From an uncultured virus (IMG/VR IMGVR_UViG_3300042466_000764) (taxonomy: Duplodnaviria; Heunggongvirae; Uroviricota; Caudoviricetes): a DNA stretch of 64,000 nt. Both the position numbers and the translations under genes were made by a program. Each line of letters begins with the position of its first letter. The first letter of the stretch is position 1. The notes under the pieces are model-generated. The model saw nothing but the letters and a program-made list of their open reading frames with translations, made no database searches and was not told the origin of the DNA. Of the stretch, positions 38,082 to 47,896 are shown piece by piece. Where the stretch lies: the IMG/VR virus record IMGVR_UViG_3300042466_000764; one strand, given 5' to 3'.

Positions 38082-38302
38082 TTTCGACCTATATATAATA
38101 TATCTTTATATATAATATATATAAGATATCTAAGGTATTAGGATATTCTTTTTTCTTTATATATATTAATTATACACATTGTTTTCCTGGTCTAATATAA
38201 ATTCCCTCACAAACCTTAAAAACCAATTATAACGATTTGGTGAATTCTTTATTAACAACTTATCCACAAACCTTCTATATACCTGGCATGATATAATTTT
38301 AT

Positions 38303-38356
38303 GTCTGACACCTGAGTAAATCTCGATACCCACCGTTTCTTGGGTGTTGGACTTTT
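38303..38356 (+). ncRNA. candidate small RNA (14-bp stem with G-U pairs and a U tail)
   Basis: Starts about 6 nt after TGATATAAT; GTCTGACACCTGAG/CTTGGGTGTTGGAC then TTTT. Confidence 0.5.
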
Positions 38357-38384
38357 AATTTTAATAAAATGATATAATGCTAAT

Positions 38385-38759
38385 ATGTGTACAACCGTAG
38401 AAAAATTTGGATCTGACCCCGCCACCCTTAAATGGCAAATAATTCGTGGAGACTCTTCTCTGATAAGAATTGACTTTTTACAAAACGATGAAACAACACA
38501 TTACGACACAACAGGATGGACTTACCTTGCCTCCGCATATGACCCTAAAACCGATATAATCGACCCTCTAACGGTCGTTTCAGGCTCAGGGTATGTTCAG
38601 GTAAAGGTAGACCCAAGTTTGAGTGCATTTTGGGGCTCTACGTACCGTTCTAGCGTTGCAGAACTTATGTTTGATTTAGAAGTAACTATCGACGACACAG
38701 TTTGGACACCAGTTATAGGAACCATCACGGTTCTTGGTGACATTAGTGGTACCTTATAA
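38385..38759 (+). CDS. virion protein (BppU/Ig-like), paralog 1
   Basis: RGD...FDLEV...WT...GTITV..D shared with 39625 and 43950. Confidence 0.55.
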   Translation: MCTTVEKFGSDPATLKWQIIRGDSSLIRIDFLQNDETTHYDTTGWTYLASAYDPKTDIIDPLTVVSGSGYVQVKVDPSLSAFWGSTYRSSVAELMFDLEVTIDDTVWTPVIGTITVLGDISGTL

Positions 38760-38869
38760 TGCCAGTCATAAAAATTTCAAATGTTAAAAATGATTTACCG
38801 TCCGTTATAAAAATAACAGACTCAACAGGCTCAGAAAAAATCGTAAAGATAACAAAATAAGGAGACGCT

Positions 38870-39598
38870 ATGGCCATTTCACGCAGCATGGGTTTTCCTA
38901 TACAAGAAAAACAAAAAATTAATGCAGTTGATCAGGAAGCCCCACAACTACAATTTTTACCAGTCCCAGGACCTCAAGGTGTACCAGGACCTCAAGGTGC
39001 AATGGGTCCACAAGGAATACAAGGTCCTAAAGGTGACAAAGGTGACAAAGGTGATGCTGGAGCAGATGGAAAAAATGGCAAGAATGGTATAAACGGTAAA
39101 AATGGAGAAAGTTATTTTCCAGTTTACAAACAACAACCAGGTTGGGCCAGTTACGAAGATACATCTTCTAAAATTTTTAGCATAGACCCATCTAGAGGTG
39201 AAAACGGATGGCACGATTTATACATTGACAAAAAAGGCATATCAAAAAACCAATCATTCCTACCATTAAACTGCAACACCCTTTACAACGAACAATCCAG
39301 AGTACTAACATTTAGAAGTTTAGAAATAGGATCAACTGTTAGACTTACCTATAACTTTTCACTTGAAACCTTTGTTAACAATACTGAATTTTGGTTTGCT
39401 ACCGTATACCCTGAAATTGACAAATCAGTTCTAACAATGGTTGGATCATTTAAATACCAAGGAATCTTTGACCTAACAGTTGACCAAACAATACACATAG
39501 AAAATAAAGAAATGTGGTTTAACTTCTGCAGACCATATGCAAAATCAGATCATTTAACAAACCTAATACTAAAAAAAATATATGTATCAGTTTCATAG
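38870..39598 (+). CDS. collagen-repeat virion protein
   Basis: GPQGVPGPQGAMGPQGIQGPKGDKGDKGDAGADGKNGKNG. Confidence 0.85.
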   Translation: MAISRSMGFPIQEKQKINAVDQEAPQLQFLPVPGPQGVPGPQGAMGPQGIQGPKGDKGDKGDAGADGKNGKNGINGKNGESYFPVYKQQPGWASYEDTSSKIFSIDPSRGENGWHDLYIDKKGISKNQSFLPLNCNTLYNEQSRVLTFRSLEIGSTVRLTYNFSLETFVNNTEFWFATVYPEIDKSVLTMVGSFKYQGIFDLTVDQTIHIENKEMWFNFCRPYAKSDHLTNLILKKIYVSVS

Positions 39599-39624
39599 CA
39601 TGATATAATGAACTAGGAGGGTTT

Positions 39625-39978
39625 ATGGCATTTCCAGGCACATACAACATTAATTATTACAAGGGTGACCGTTATGAATTTGTTATATACCCTAAAGACG
39701 CTGCAGGCGACGTTTTTGATTTAGATGGATATAATTCTGCTTTTTCTATAGCATCTTCAACTGGACCAGATCCAGAGGAAGGCCCATTTGCAGCAAGTGC
39801 GGTCATTAACAACGCTAAAGATAGAGTTACTTGTGTAATATTACCAGAAGTGGGTAAAGATAATCTAGATGCAGGAACCATATACTATTACGATGTTCAA
39901 ATATCAAGTGGAACAGATGTAGTTTACACACTTCTAAAAGGAACAATCACTGTAACAGCAGATGTAACTGGTGCATAA
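39625..39978 (+). CDS. virion protein (BppU/Ig-like), paralog 2
   Basis: KGD...YYYDVQI...TLLKGTITV..DVT. Confidence 0.55.
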   Translation: MAFPGTYNINYYKGDRYEFVIYPKDAAGDVFDLDGYNSAFSIASSTGPDPEEGPFAASAVINNAKDRVTCVILPEVGKDNLDAGTIYYYDVQISSGTDVVYTLLKGTITVTADVTGA

Positions 39979-40562
39979 TGGCTGACGTAGTATTAACCAC
40001 CGACGAACTGTTAGTATTAAGCGGACCAAGTAGTATAAACGTAGAAGTTGACTTTGGACCTGAAGGTGAACGTGGAAGTTTATTTTATGTTTCAGTAGGC
40101 AATCCAAATACAGCACTTGTTGGCCAAACCCCAAAAGCAAAAGACCTTTGTGTTAATGTTTTAAAAACAGATAACGAATATTCATATGTTTATCAGTACA
40201 ATTCTGATGGTGGTCCTGGATTTCAATGGTACCCAATAATTAAACTAAACCCACTTCAATACAATAAAATAATGACTGGAACATTTGTTGATGGATCTAA
40301 AGTTTTTAATATTCCTGTAAATTATATTGTTGACGAAGAAACATCTCAAACCTTAACTAGTGCAAATTTTAATATCACTTACAGTATTCCAAACGAAAAC
40401 CCAATAGCATCTTCTATAGAAATAGGCTCTTTTACAAACGATCCAGGAACTGGAATACAGGTAATTCCAGTAACAGTTAATGCTATTGAGTATGCTAGTT
40501 CTACCTGGCAAGATTTAACTGGCGTAAAAACAGTTCATTTTGTAATATCTATCGTGGTATAA
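39978..40562 (+). CDS. virion structural protein
   Basis: DFGP.G.RGS motif; context. Confidence 0.55.
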   Translation: MADVVLTTDELLVLSGPSSINVEVDFGPEGERGSLFYVSVGNPNTALVGQTPKAKDLCVNVLKTDNEYSYVYQYNSDGGPGFQWYPIIKLNPLQYNKIMTGTFVDGSKVFNIPVNYIVDEETSQTLTSANFNITYSIPNENPIASSIEIGSFTNDPGTGIQVIPVTVNAIEYASSTWQDLTGVKTVHFVISIVV

Positions 40563-40580
40563 TGAGGAAGGTGATGAACA

Positions 40581-41027
40581 ATGGCTGATGTTAGCATAGG
40601 AAATATATATTCCACTAAAGTTCCAGGTTATGAAGATGCCGCAGATATTCAGTCTGCCCTAAGAACATACCATTACGGCTCAAGCACATATGACGAAACA
40701 AATGCCAATACAGCAGCACTAGTTAACCCATCAATTGCCTATCATTTACAAAATATTCAAAACTCAATAACTGTATTACAAAATTTAGGAACAGGTTCAG
40801 TTGTTCAGTCCACACAACCAGATGCAAATGCTCTTGCAGAAGGTTTACTTTGGTTAGATATTGACTCAACACCAGGAACTACACCAGTAAACCCAACAGC
40901 AATTTACACAGCAATAGAACCAGCAACACCAACAGATGGAACTCTTTGGGTTGTAAAAGGATCTAGTCCACTTGAAATGAAAATTTATAATTCAGCAACT
41001 TCTGATTGGGATACAATAGGTGAATAA
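40581..41027 (+). CDS. tail-associated protein
   Basis: P..P..G.LW repeats typical of fibre proteins. Confidence 0.55.
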   Translation: MADVSIGNIYSTKVPGYEDAADIQSALRTYHYGSSTYDETNANTAALVNPSIAYHLQNIQNSITVLQNLGTGSVVQSTQPDANALAEGLLWLDIDSTPGTTPVNPTAIYTAIEPATPTDGTLWVVKGSSPLEMKIYNSATSDWDTIGE

Positions 41028-41124
41028 TGACTGATAACATAATTTTAAAAGAAATAGCAATTGCAAAACTAGTTGCATTAGGTTTAACAGAAGAAGAACT
41101 TAAAGCAATAGGGATTGGTGCATA

Positions 41125-41775
41125 ATGCCATCATTAAATACTACTGGTAAAACAGCATACGTATATGATCAAGGTACAGATACTTTTTATGCAATTGGTG
41201 CAAACACAAACACTGCCGCAAATTATGTTTGGTCTGGAACACAAGAATTTCAAAACAATGTTACATTTTCAGATACTAATGCAGTAATTACTGCTAAGGC
41301 TGGAGTAAATAACTTTTTAAATCCTGCAGCAAGAGATGCAGCATTAACCTCACCAGTAAGAGGAACAGTTTGTTTTGTTAGACAAACCTCTGGTGCCGTA
41401 GCAATTAATGATTTACAATTTTACAACGGAACAAATTGGATATCTTACGGTGGTTTAGTTACCTTTAATAAACAGGCTGGTAGCGGAACACAAAATTATG
41501 ATTTAACATTAAATGATATTGGTCAAAGTATAACTTTTGATTCCACAGGAGCATGGACAGTAACTATTCCACCCAATTCAAGTATTGCCTTTCCAATAGG
41601 ATCAGAAATAGATGTTTTTAGAATGAACACTGGATCTGTTACATTTGTTGCAGGTGCAGGAGTTACTTTAAATAGTAAAAATACAAATAAAGCAATTGCA
41701 GCAAGGTACTCAGGTGCATCCTTGTTTAAGTTTGATACAAATACCTGGCTTCTAGTCGGCGACTTGATCGCATAG
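41125..41775 (+). CDS. short tail fibre with conserved C-terminal domain
   Basis: TIPPNSSIAFPIGS.I...G.VT...GVTL...LFK..TNTW...GDL, shared with 47897..49729. Confidence 0.7.
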   Translation: MPSLNTTGKTAYVYDQGTDTFYAIGANTNTAANYVWSGTQEFQNNVTFSDTNAVITAKAGVNNFLNPAARDAALTSPVRGTVCFVRQTSGAVAINDLQFYNGTNWISYGGLVTFNKQAGSGTQNYDLTLNDIGQSITFDSTGAWTVTIPPNSSIAFPIGSEIDVFRMNTGSVTFVAGAGVTLNSKNTNKAIAARYSGASLFKFDTNTWLLVGDLIA

Positions 41776-41784
41776 GGGTTTGCT

Positions 41785-42681
41785 ATGGCATTATTTGGAA
41801 AACTAGTTAAATACGTTGTAGCAAAAGGAATGAAACTACTTCCTAATTTTATTGGAAGAACAAGTGCACAAGCCCAAACAGATGTTGTATCAGAAGGATT
41901 TACTTTAGGAAACGTAATTACTTCAGTTTCTGGAGAACCAACAGAACTTGCAAATGATGGAAAAGTTGTTGGACAAACTCCTGCAGTAACAACACCAGCA
42001 GACTATGAAACCCCAGTTGATTTAACAGTTAGACAATTTACATTTACACCATTTGGGGTGTTTGGATTTTCTCCATTTCAAGTATTTGGATTTTCTCCTT
42101 TTAACGTATTTGGGTTTTCCCCCTTTAACGTATTTGGTTTTTCACCATTTAGAGTATTTGGATTTTCACCAACCTATTTTGGTGGTCTTTGTATAGATCA
42201 AGAAACACCAGTTTTAACTAAAGAGGGATATGCATTAGCCAAAGACATAGTTGTTGGAGATATTTTAATAACTAAAACATTTAAAGATATTCCAATAACA
42301 AATCATGATGGTTTAAGACTATGGTCATCTGAAAATAATAAAGAATACACTACAGTAGAGTCTGTGGTAAATAATATAAAAGAAAGTGAAGTATCTGATA
42401 CAGTTTTAGTTAATGGAGACAAGTATAAGAGATTTTCTACACAAGAAGATATTCTTGTTGTTAGAGAAAATAAACTAATGTTTGTTATTTCTTCACAATT
42501 AAAATCTGGAGATTTAATAGTAAAAAATCCAGAAGAGTCATTGATTGATGGACCTTTATATCAAGTTCGCTCTATAGAAATAGTCAAAGAAGATAGAAAA
42601 GTTTATGATTTTATGAGAGAACCATTTGGCTTGATTGTAGCAGATTCTTTACTTGTATATAATGCTTATCCAGTAGATTAA
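41785..42681 (+). CDS. PASTA-like domain + (VFGFSPFx)5 repeats + Hint/intein-like domain
   Basis: LPNFIG...AQ.....GF..G...G.VV.Q.P (PASTA-like); CIDQETPVLT...VYD...LLVYN (Hint). Confidence 0.75.
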   Translation: MALFGKLVKYVVAKGMKLLPNFIGRTSAQAQTDVVSEGFTLGNVITSVSGEPTELANDGKVVGQTPAVTTPADYETPVDLTVRQFTFTPFGVFGFSPFQVFGFSPFNVFGFSPFNVFGFSPFRVFGFSPTYFGGLCIDQETPVLTKEGYALAKDIVVGDILITKTFKDIPITNHDGLRLWSSENNKEYTTVESVVNNIKESEVSDTVLVNGDKYKRFSTQEDILVVRENKLMFVISSQLKSGDLIVKNPEESLIDGPLYQVRSIEIVKEDRKVYDFMREPFGLIVADSLLVYNAYPVD

Positions 42682-43253
42682 TCTTTAGGAAACTGATACA
42701 TAAATTCTCTAGTTTTTGAAGTTATGCCTTTCCAAGGTCCCCAATTATTTCCACCATCACTCATAATATAAGCAACTTGACAGTTAATTGATGGGTTTAA
42801 AAGTTGACTAGTGTAGTCTAAGTTATATTTTTCTTTTCTATCAGCATTAAGGTCACCAATCATATTTATTTGAAATAGTCCGTATGATTTGTCTCCAGTG
42901 CTTCTGTTGCCGTTAAAAGCCAAGGCGTTGCCCATTGATTCTTTTTTAGCAATAGCCCAAGCCTCTACCAGGTGTTTATTTTCAAAACCACAAGCAGACA
43001 GCAAAGTTTTTAGTTCAATATCAGTAAGTTGTCCTTTATCCTGATATTCAGCAAGAATTCTTACATTGTCTCTAGATGGTTTATCTAGATGATCTGGCCT
43101 AGAAAGCAAAAAAACCGCCTCAGCGGTAAATGTTGCATATTTATCGTTTTTCAGGTTAGTTTCAACACCTTGAGCATTAGAAATATTCAAGAATACTGAA
43201 GACAATCCAAGACTTGCGAGCAATCCTATTAAAAATTTTTTATCTTTTTTCAT
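42678..43253 (-). CDS. lysozyme-like lytic transglycosylase with signal peptide
   Basis: AIAKKES.G...SYGLFQIN...L.NP..N...A......W.PW. Confidence 0.85.
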   Translation of the reverse strand: MKKDKKFLIGLLASLGLSSVFLNISNAQGVETNLKNDKYATFTAEAVFLLSRPDHLDKPSRDNVRILAEYQDKGQLTDIELKTLLSACGFENKHLVEAWAIAKKESMGNALAFNGNRSTGDKSYGLFQINMIGDLNADRKEKYNLDYTSQLLNPSINCQVAYIMSDGGNNWGPWKGITSKTREFMYQFPKD

Positions 43254-43391
43254 AGTTCTCTCCTAAGAAAACATGACACCCTTGGTAGGTGTCATATATC
43301 AAGTATAACATCTATTTGCCAGCAAGTCAAATCAAAAATGTCATATTAGTAAGATAATACAAAAAATTATTTAAAATGATATAATATTTGT

Positions 43392-43919
43392 ATGGCAACA
43401 GGTCAATCAAGCATATATAACTTACCATACCCACAAGTTGATGATAGCGTAAACGTACATGGAGATATTCAATCTTTAGCAACTTCACTAGATAATACAC
43501 TCGCTGGACTTGGCTTATCTTACATGAAATTAGATGTAATTAATACATCTGGAGCATCAATTGCAGCAGGATCTCCTGTATTTATTAATGGTCATAATTC
43601 AGGACAAGATTTAACAACAGTAGGAAAAGCAATTCCTACAACAACATCACCAATATTAGGATTATTAAAATCTACAACAGCAAATAATGCACAAGGAATA
43701 TGTGTAGTCTCTGGAGTATTACCAGATGTTAATACATCTGAATTTGTTGCAGGTGATATTTTATACGTAAAGACTGGTGGAGGATTAACAAACGTTAGAC
43801 CAGTAGGTGGTGCAGGTGCTGTAGCAGTTTGTGCTTACGCAGATGCATCTAATGGAGTTCTTGTAGTTACCGCCAAAGGTAACGGTACTTGGGGAGCATT
43901 AAAGAACGGTCTTTCATAA
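43392..43919 (+). CDS. virion/tail protein
   Basis: LPYP...D..NVHGDIQSLA; beta-rich composition. Confidence 0.55.
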   Translation: MATGQSSIYNLPYPQVDDSVNVHGDIQSLATSLDNTLAGLGLSYMKLDVINTSGASIAAGSPVFINGHNSGQDLTTVGKAIPTTTSPILGLLKSTTANNAQGICVVSGVLPDVNTSEFVAGDILYVKTGGGLTNVRPVGGAGAVAVCAYADASNGVLVVTAKGNGTWGALKNGLS

Positions 43920-43949
43920 TTATTTATCCAAACATGATATAATTACAAT

Positions 43950-44357
43950 ATGGCCATTCTCAGAAACTCATCTCAAGATTTATACAACGTAGGTGCTAAA
44001 CCCCCAACCGTTAAATGGACAGTAGTTCGTGGTGACACCTCAGCATTTAAAGTTTATGTGACAGACGATGAACAGTCCCCTTTAGTTATAGCAGATTGGA
44101 ACATTGCTATGAAAATTAAAAGACCAAACCTTGCTAAAGATCTTGGAGTTATTACAGATAATGCAAATACAGTTATGCTTTTGACTCCAGCAGCAGATGC
44201 AGATGATTTGGCTGGAGAGTTTACAGTTAAACTTGCAGCAGAAGAATCACACAATCTTCAAACAGGAGATATTTTTGATATCGAGTTATCTACATCAGAA
44301 ATTGTTTGGACAGTTGCACAAGGCAGTCTAATTATCCTTGAAGATGTAACTGACTAA
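43950..44357 (+). CDS. virion protein (BppU/Ig-like), paralog 3
   Basis: RGDT...FDIEL...WTV.QG....EDVT. Confidence 0.55.
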   Translation: MAILRNSSQDLYNVGAKPPTVKWTVVRGDTSAFKVYVTDDEQSPLVIADWNIAMKIKRPNLAKDLGVITDNANTVMLLTPAADADDLAGEFTVKLAAEESHNLQTGDIFDIELSTSEIVWTVAQGSLIILEDVTD

Positions 44358-44581
44358 TGGCAACAGCAATTATTGTTGATGACAATAAACAAAAATTAAG
44401 ACGTATTGAAACCTCAGACTATTACCAAACCAAAATATCCTACAAACCTAGCACGGTAGAAATAAATTACACCTTACCTTTTAGAATAAGATTTACAACA
44501 ATAACAGTAGAAGGGTATGGTCCAGGTAATGTGCCCCCAATTCCTTTACAGGTTATTGGCTATAGCAACTATATACTGTAG
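44357..44581 (+). CDS. hypothetical protein
   Basis: Coupled ORF. Confidence 0.6.
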   Translation: MATAIIVDDNKQKLRRIETSDYYQTKISYKPSTVEINYTLPFRIRFTTITVEGYGPGNVPPIPLQVIGYSNYIL

Positions 44582-44590
44582 AATAGACAT

Positions 44591-45322
44591 ATGGCTAAAA
44601 AAGAAAAACCTAGCATATTTATAGCAACCCCAATGTACGGTGGGGTTTGTCATGGATACTTTATGAAAAGTATTATGGGACTAGTAATGAAACTAACCTA
44701 CAAAGGATACAAAGTAACCTTTAACGACTTGTACAACGAATCTTTAATTAACAGAGCCAGAAACACCCTTACAGAACTATTCTTAAGATCTGATGCTGAC
44801 TACCTATTGTTTATTGATGGTGACGAAGGTTTTAACGCTGATGGTGTTATAGATATGATTGATACAGATTTAGATATTATTGGGGCTGCCGTGCCAATGA
44901 AAGCAATTAACTGGGCTAACGTAGAAAAAGCAGCAGAATTAAAAAAACCTGATTTAAAAAGGTTTGGATCTTATGTAAACATAAACTTTGTTGATAGACA
45001 AGACTTGCATAAGGTAGCAGATAATCCTAAAAAACCATTAGAGGTAAAAAACATAGGAACTGGTTTGCTGTTAATTAAACGTAATGTTTTTGAAACAATG
45101 AAAGAGCATGTTGGAAAATATAAAAGTGATCAACTAGATTTGGGTGGTATTAAAAAAGGTGAATACATTTATGATTTTTGGAAAACACAGGTAGACCCAG
45201 AAGAAGAAAGACTTTTGTCAGAAGACTACTACTTCTGTACACTATGGCGTAAACTTGGTGGTTCTGTGTATGTAGCACCACATGTTAAAGTAGTGCACGT
45301 AGGAACCTACATATTCGTTTAA
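44591..45322 (+). CDS. glycosyltransferase-like protein (GT-A)
   Basis: IATPMYGG...ESLI.RARN...LFIDGD...GTG.LLIKR.VF...LSEDY.FC..WR..GG...HVG. Confidence 0.8.
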   Translation: MAKKEKPSIFIATPMYGGVCHGYFMKSIMGLVMKLTYKGYKVTFNDLYNESLINRARNTLTELFLRSDADYLLFIDGDEGFNADGVIDMIDTDLDIIGAAVPMKAINWANVEKAAELKKPDLKRFGSYVNINFVDRQDLHKVADNPKKPLEVKNIGTGLLLIKRNVFETMKEHVGKYKSDQLDLGGIKKGEYIYDFWKTQVDPEEERLLSEDYYFCTLWRKLGGSVYVAPHVKVVHVGTYIFV

Positions 45323-45360
45323 TTTATAAAAAGTTATAAAAATAATGTTATAATTTAGGC

Positions 45361-45807
45361 ATGGCACAACAATCAATTTCAACAGTAAAATCACGTTATG
45401 AGACTGGCGATAGGCCATCTCAGCAAGACTATGAAGATTTAATTGACACTACCGCGTCCCAAGCAACACGCCTTGGCACCTTCGGTAATAACGACAACAC
45501 TATTTCTGAAATTGAAAACACTACAATATTAGATAGTCATAATGCAACAGAATGGAGAATGGTTAAGTATATCATTTCCATCTCTAAAACAACAGCAGGA
45601 GATAACCTCTTCTACGCAACAGAATTGACCATATTAAATGACACGGAAGATAGTTCCGTTTCCGAATATGGGACAATAGACAACGATGGGAATATTGGAA
45701 CCATAAGCGTCTCAAGGGCTGGAAATACAGTGGCTTTAACAATCACTCCAGACCCAGTAATAAAGCCAGTCACTGTGCGTTACGCACGCATGGGACTTAA
45801 GGCATAA
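45361..45807 (+). CDS. virion protein
   Basis: K..YETGDRP.Q.DY.DLID; C-terminal domain similar to that of 45819. Confidence 0.6.
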   Translation: MAQQSISTVKSRYETGDRPSQQDYEDLIDTTASQATRLGTFGNNDNTISEIENTTILDSHNATEWRMVKYIISISKTTAGDNLFYATELTILNDTEDSSVSEYGTIDNDGNIGTISVSRAGNTVALTITPDPVIKPVTVRYARMGLKA

Positions 45808-45818
45808 GGAGATAAAAA

Positions 45819-47351
45819 ATGGCAACAGTAACAAAAAATTTCAAGATTAAACATGGTTTAGTCGTTGAAGGAACAACAGGTACAATTAACAACTTTGACA
45901 TCTTGACAAAAAGTACAGATGATCAAAACTACATTATAGACCTGGTTGGTGGAGACGCTTCATCAAACGCAGTAGCAAACACACTAGTACTTCGTGATGC
46001 AAATGCAAACTTTCTTGCAAATACAATCACAGCAGACTTAGTTGGAGATGTAACTGGTCAAGTATCAGACATTTCTAATCATGATTCTGATGATGTAGCA
46101 GAAGGTACAACAAACCTTTACTTTACAAACCAAAGAGCAACAGATGCAACTGCAGCATCCTATGATGCTATAGGCTCAGCAGCAAATGCTTATTCAAATG
46201 CAACTGCTTACACAGACCTAGAAGTAGGTAATGCAATTGCTGACTTAGAAGACTATGCAGATTTTGCAGCAGGAAATGCTTTAGCAAATGCAAACTCATA
46301 CACTGACAACGCAATTTCTAATGCAGTCTCTGACTTAGAAGAATACACTGACTTTGCAGTAGGCAATGCAGTGGCTGACTTAGAAGATTATGCAGACTTT
46401 GCAGTAGGTAATGCAATTGCTGATTTAACAAACAATGCACCAGCGTTATTAGATACACTTAACGAAATCGCAGAAGCAATTGGTGACGATGCAAACTTTG
46501 TTGGAACAATAACCAACTTAGTTGCAGAAAAACAAAATGCTTTGATTGCAGGAACTGACATTGAGATTACAGGAAACACAATTAACTTTACTGGAAGTTA
46601 TGATGTTTCAGGATCAGCAGATACTGCTTATTCAAATGCAGTTACTTATATTGATCTAGAAATAGGAAATGCATATGCAGACCTAGAAGACTATGCAGAT
46701 TTTGCAGCAGGAAATGCTTTAGCAAATGCAAATTCTTACACAGACAATGCAATTAATCTTTTGTCAACAACTGATATCGAAGAAGGAACAAACGAATACT
46801 TCACAGATACAAGGGCTAAAGAGTCAGCAGCAAGTTTGTTAACAATGGCAACTCTAACAAATATCTCAATCACAGGTAACTCATCTGGATTGGTAATTAC
46901 AGCAGAAAATGGTGTAGGAGATTCTAACACAGATGCTTTGGTTGAAGGTTCAACAAACCTTTACTTCACAGATCAACGTGCAGTAGATGCTCTTGAAGCA
47001 GTAATACCTAATTTCACTGAAATTGATATTAACACAGTTGCTAGACAAGTTGCAGCAACAGTAAATGCTCCAACAGCAAGCACAGTTACAGCAATTGACT
47101 GGGCATTAGCAGAATATCGCTCAGCCGAATTCTTGGTAAAAGTTGCTTACGGTGCACACACAGAAGTTTCAAAAGTTATCTTAACTCTTGATACTTCAAA
47201 CAACATCGCAATCACAGAATACGCAATTGTAGGAACAAACGGATCCGCATCCACAATTTCTGCAGACGTAAACGGAACAGATGTAAGACTAAGAGTAGCA
47301 ACAGCCAATAACAACTCAGATGTAACAGTTGTTGGTACATTGTTAGTCTAG
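45819..47351 (+). CDS. tail fibre protein with helical repeats
   Basis: EG.TNLYFT..RA repeats; DLEDYADFAAGNA repeats; AP..LDTL.EIA.AI.DD. Confidence 0.8.
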   Translation: MATVTKNFKIKHGLVVEGTTGTINNFDILTKSTDDQNYIIDLVGGDASSNAVANTLVLRDANANFLANTITADLVGDVTGQVSDISNHDSDDVAEGTTNLYFTNQRATDATAASYDAIGSAANAYSNATAYTDLEVGNAIADLEDYADFAAGNALANANSYTDNAISNAVSDLEEYTDFAVGNAVADLEDYADFAVGNAIADLTNNAPALLDTLNEIAEAIGDDANFVGTITNLVAEKQNALIAGTDIEITGNTINFTGSYDVSGSADTAYSNAVTYIDLEIGNAYADLEDYADFAAGNALANANSYTDNAINLLSTTDIEEGTNEYFTDTRAKESAASLLTMATLTNISITGNSSGLVITAENGVGDSNTDALVEGSTNLYFTDQRAVDALEAVIPNFTEIDINTVARQVAATVNAPTASTVTAIDWALAEYRSAEFLVKVAYGAHTEVSKVILTLDTSNNIAITEYAIVGTNGSASTISADVNGTDVRLRVATANNNSDVTVVGTLLV

Positions 47352-47373
47352 TAAAAAAATTAGGGGGCAGTAA

Positions 47374-47826
47374 ATGACTACAAGTCTAAAAGATTTTAAA
47401 GTCAAGAATGGATTAGTCGTAACTAACGGCGGTTCATTTGGAAACGCGGTAGCAGTAGGAGAACCTACATTAGGAACTCACGCTACTACTAAAGATTACG
47501 TAGATTCTGTAACTGGTACACCAGTATCAAATACTGCCCCTCTTTCCCCAGACAATGGGGATATGTGGTTTGATACCACAGTAGAAAGATTAAAAGTTTA
47601 TTATGAAACTGACTGGTTTACAATTGCAACAAGCAATGATGTACAAAATATTCCAGATCACATTCATGATACAGCAATTGATGGTAACGGAAGAATTGTT
47701 ACAGTATTCTGGGATGCTGAACAATATGATGATCCACAAATTTCTACATTAAGTGGTGGAACACCATTTTCAAATTCATGGGCAGCAGTATTTGATGGTG
47801 GAAATCCAGACAGTGAATTTAATTAA
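47374..47826 (+). CDS. tail-associated protein
   Basis: KDFKVKNGL N-terminus as in 45819; HATTKDYVD; P..GD.WFD. Confidence 0.65.
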   Translation: MTTSLKDFKVKNGLVVTNGGSFGNAVAVGEPTLGTHATTKDYVDSVTGTPVSNTAPLSPDNGDMWFDTTVERLKVYYETDWFTIATSNDVQNIPDHIHDTAIDGNGRIVTVFWDAEQYDDPQISTLSGGTPFSNSWAAVFDGGNPDSEFN

Positions 47827-47896
47827 AACATTTTAAAAAAAACTGTTATAATTAAAACAAAATCAAAAGTAGGTAAGACCTACACAGGGAGATACA

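Noticed and set aside
38960..39110. Collagen G-X-Y nucleotide repeats as a novel repeat
   Set aside because: An ordinary feature of phage fibre proteins
43254..43330. c-di-AMP (ydaO) riboswitch before the transglycosylase
   Set aside because: The leader is only about 40 nt with one hairpin
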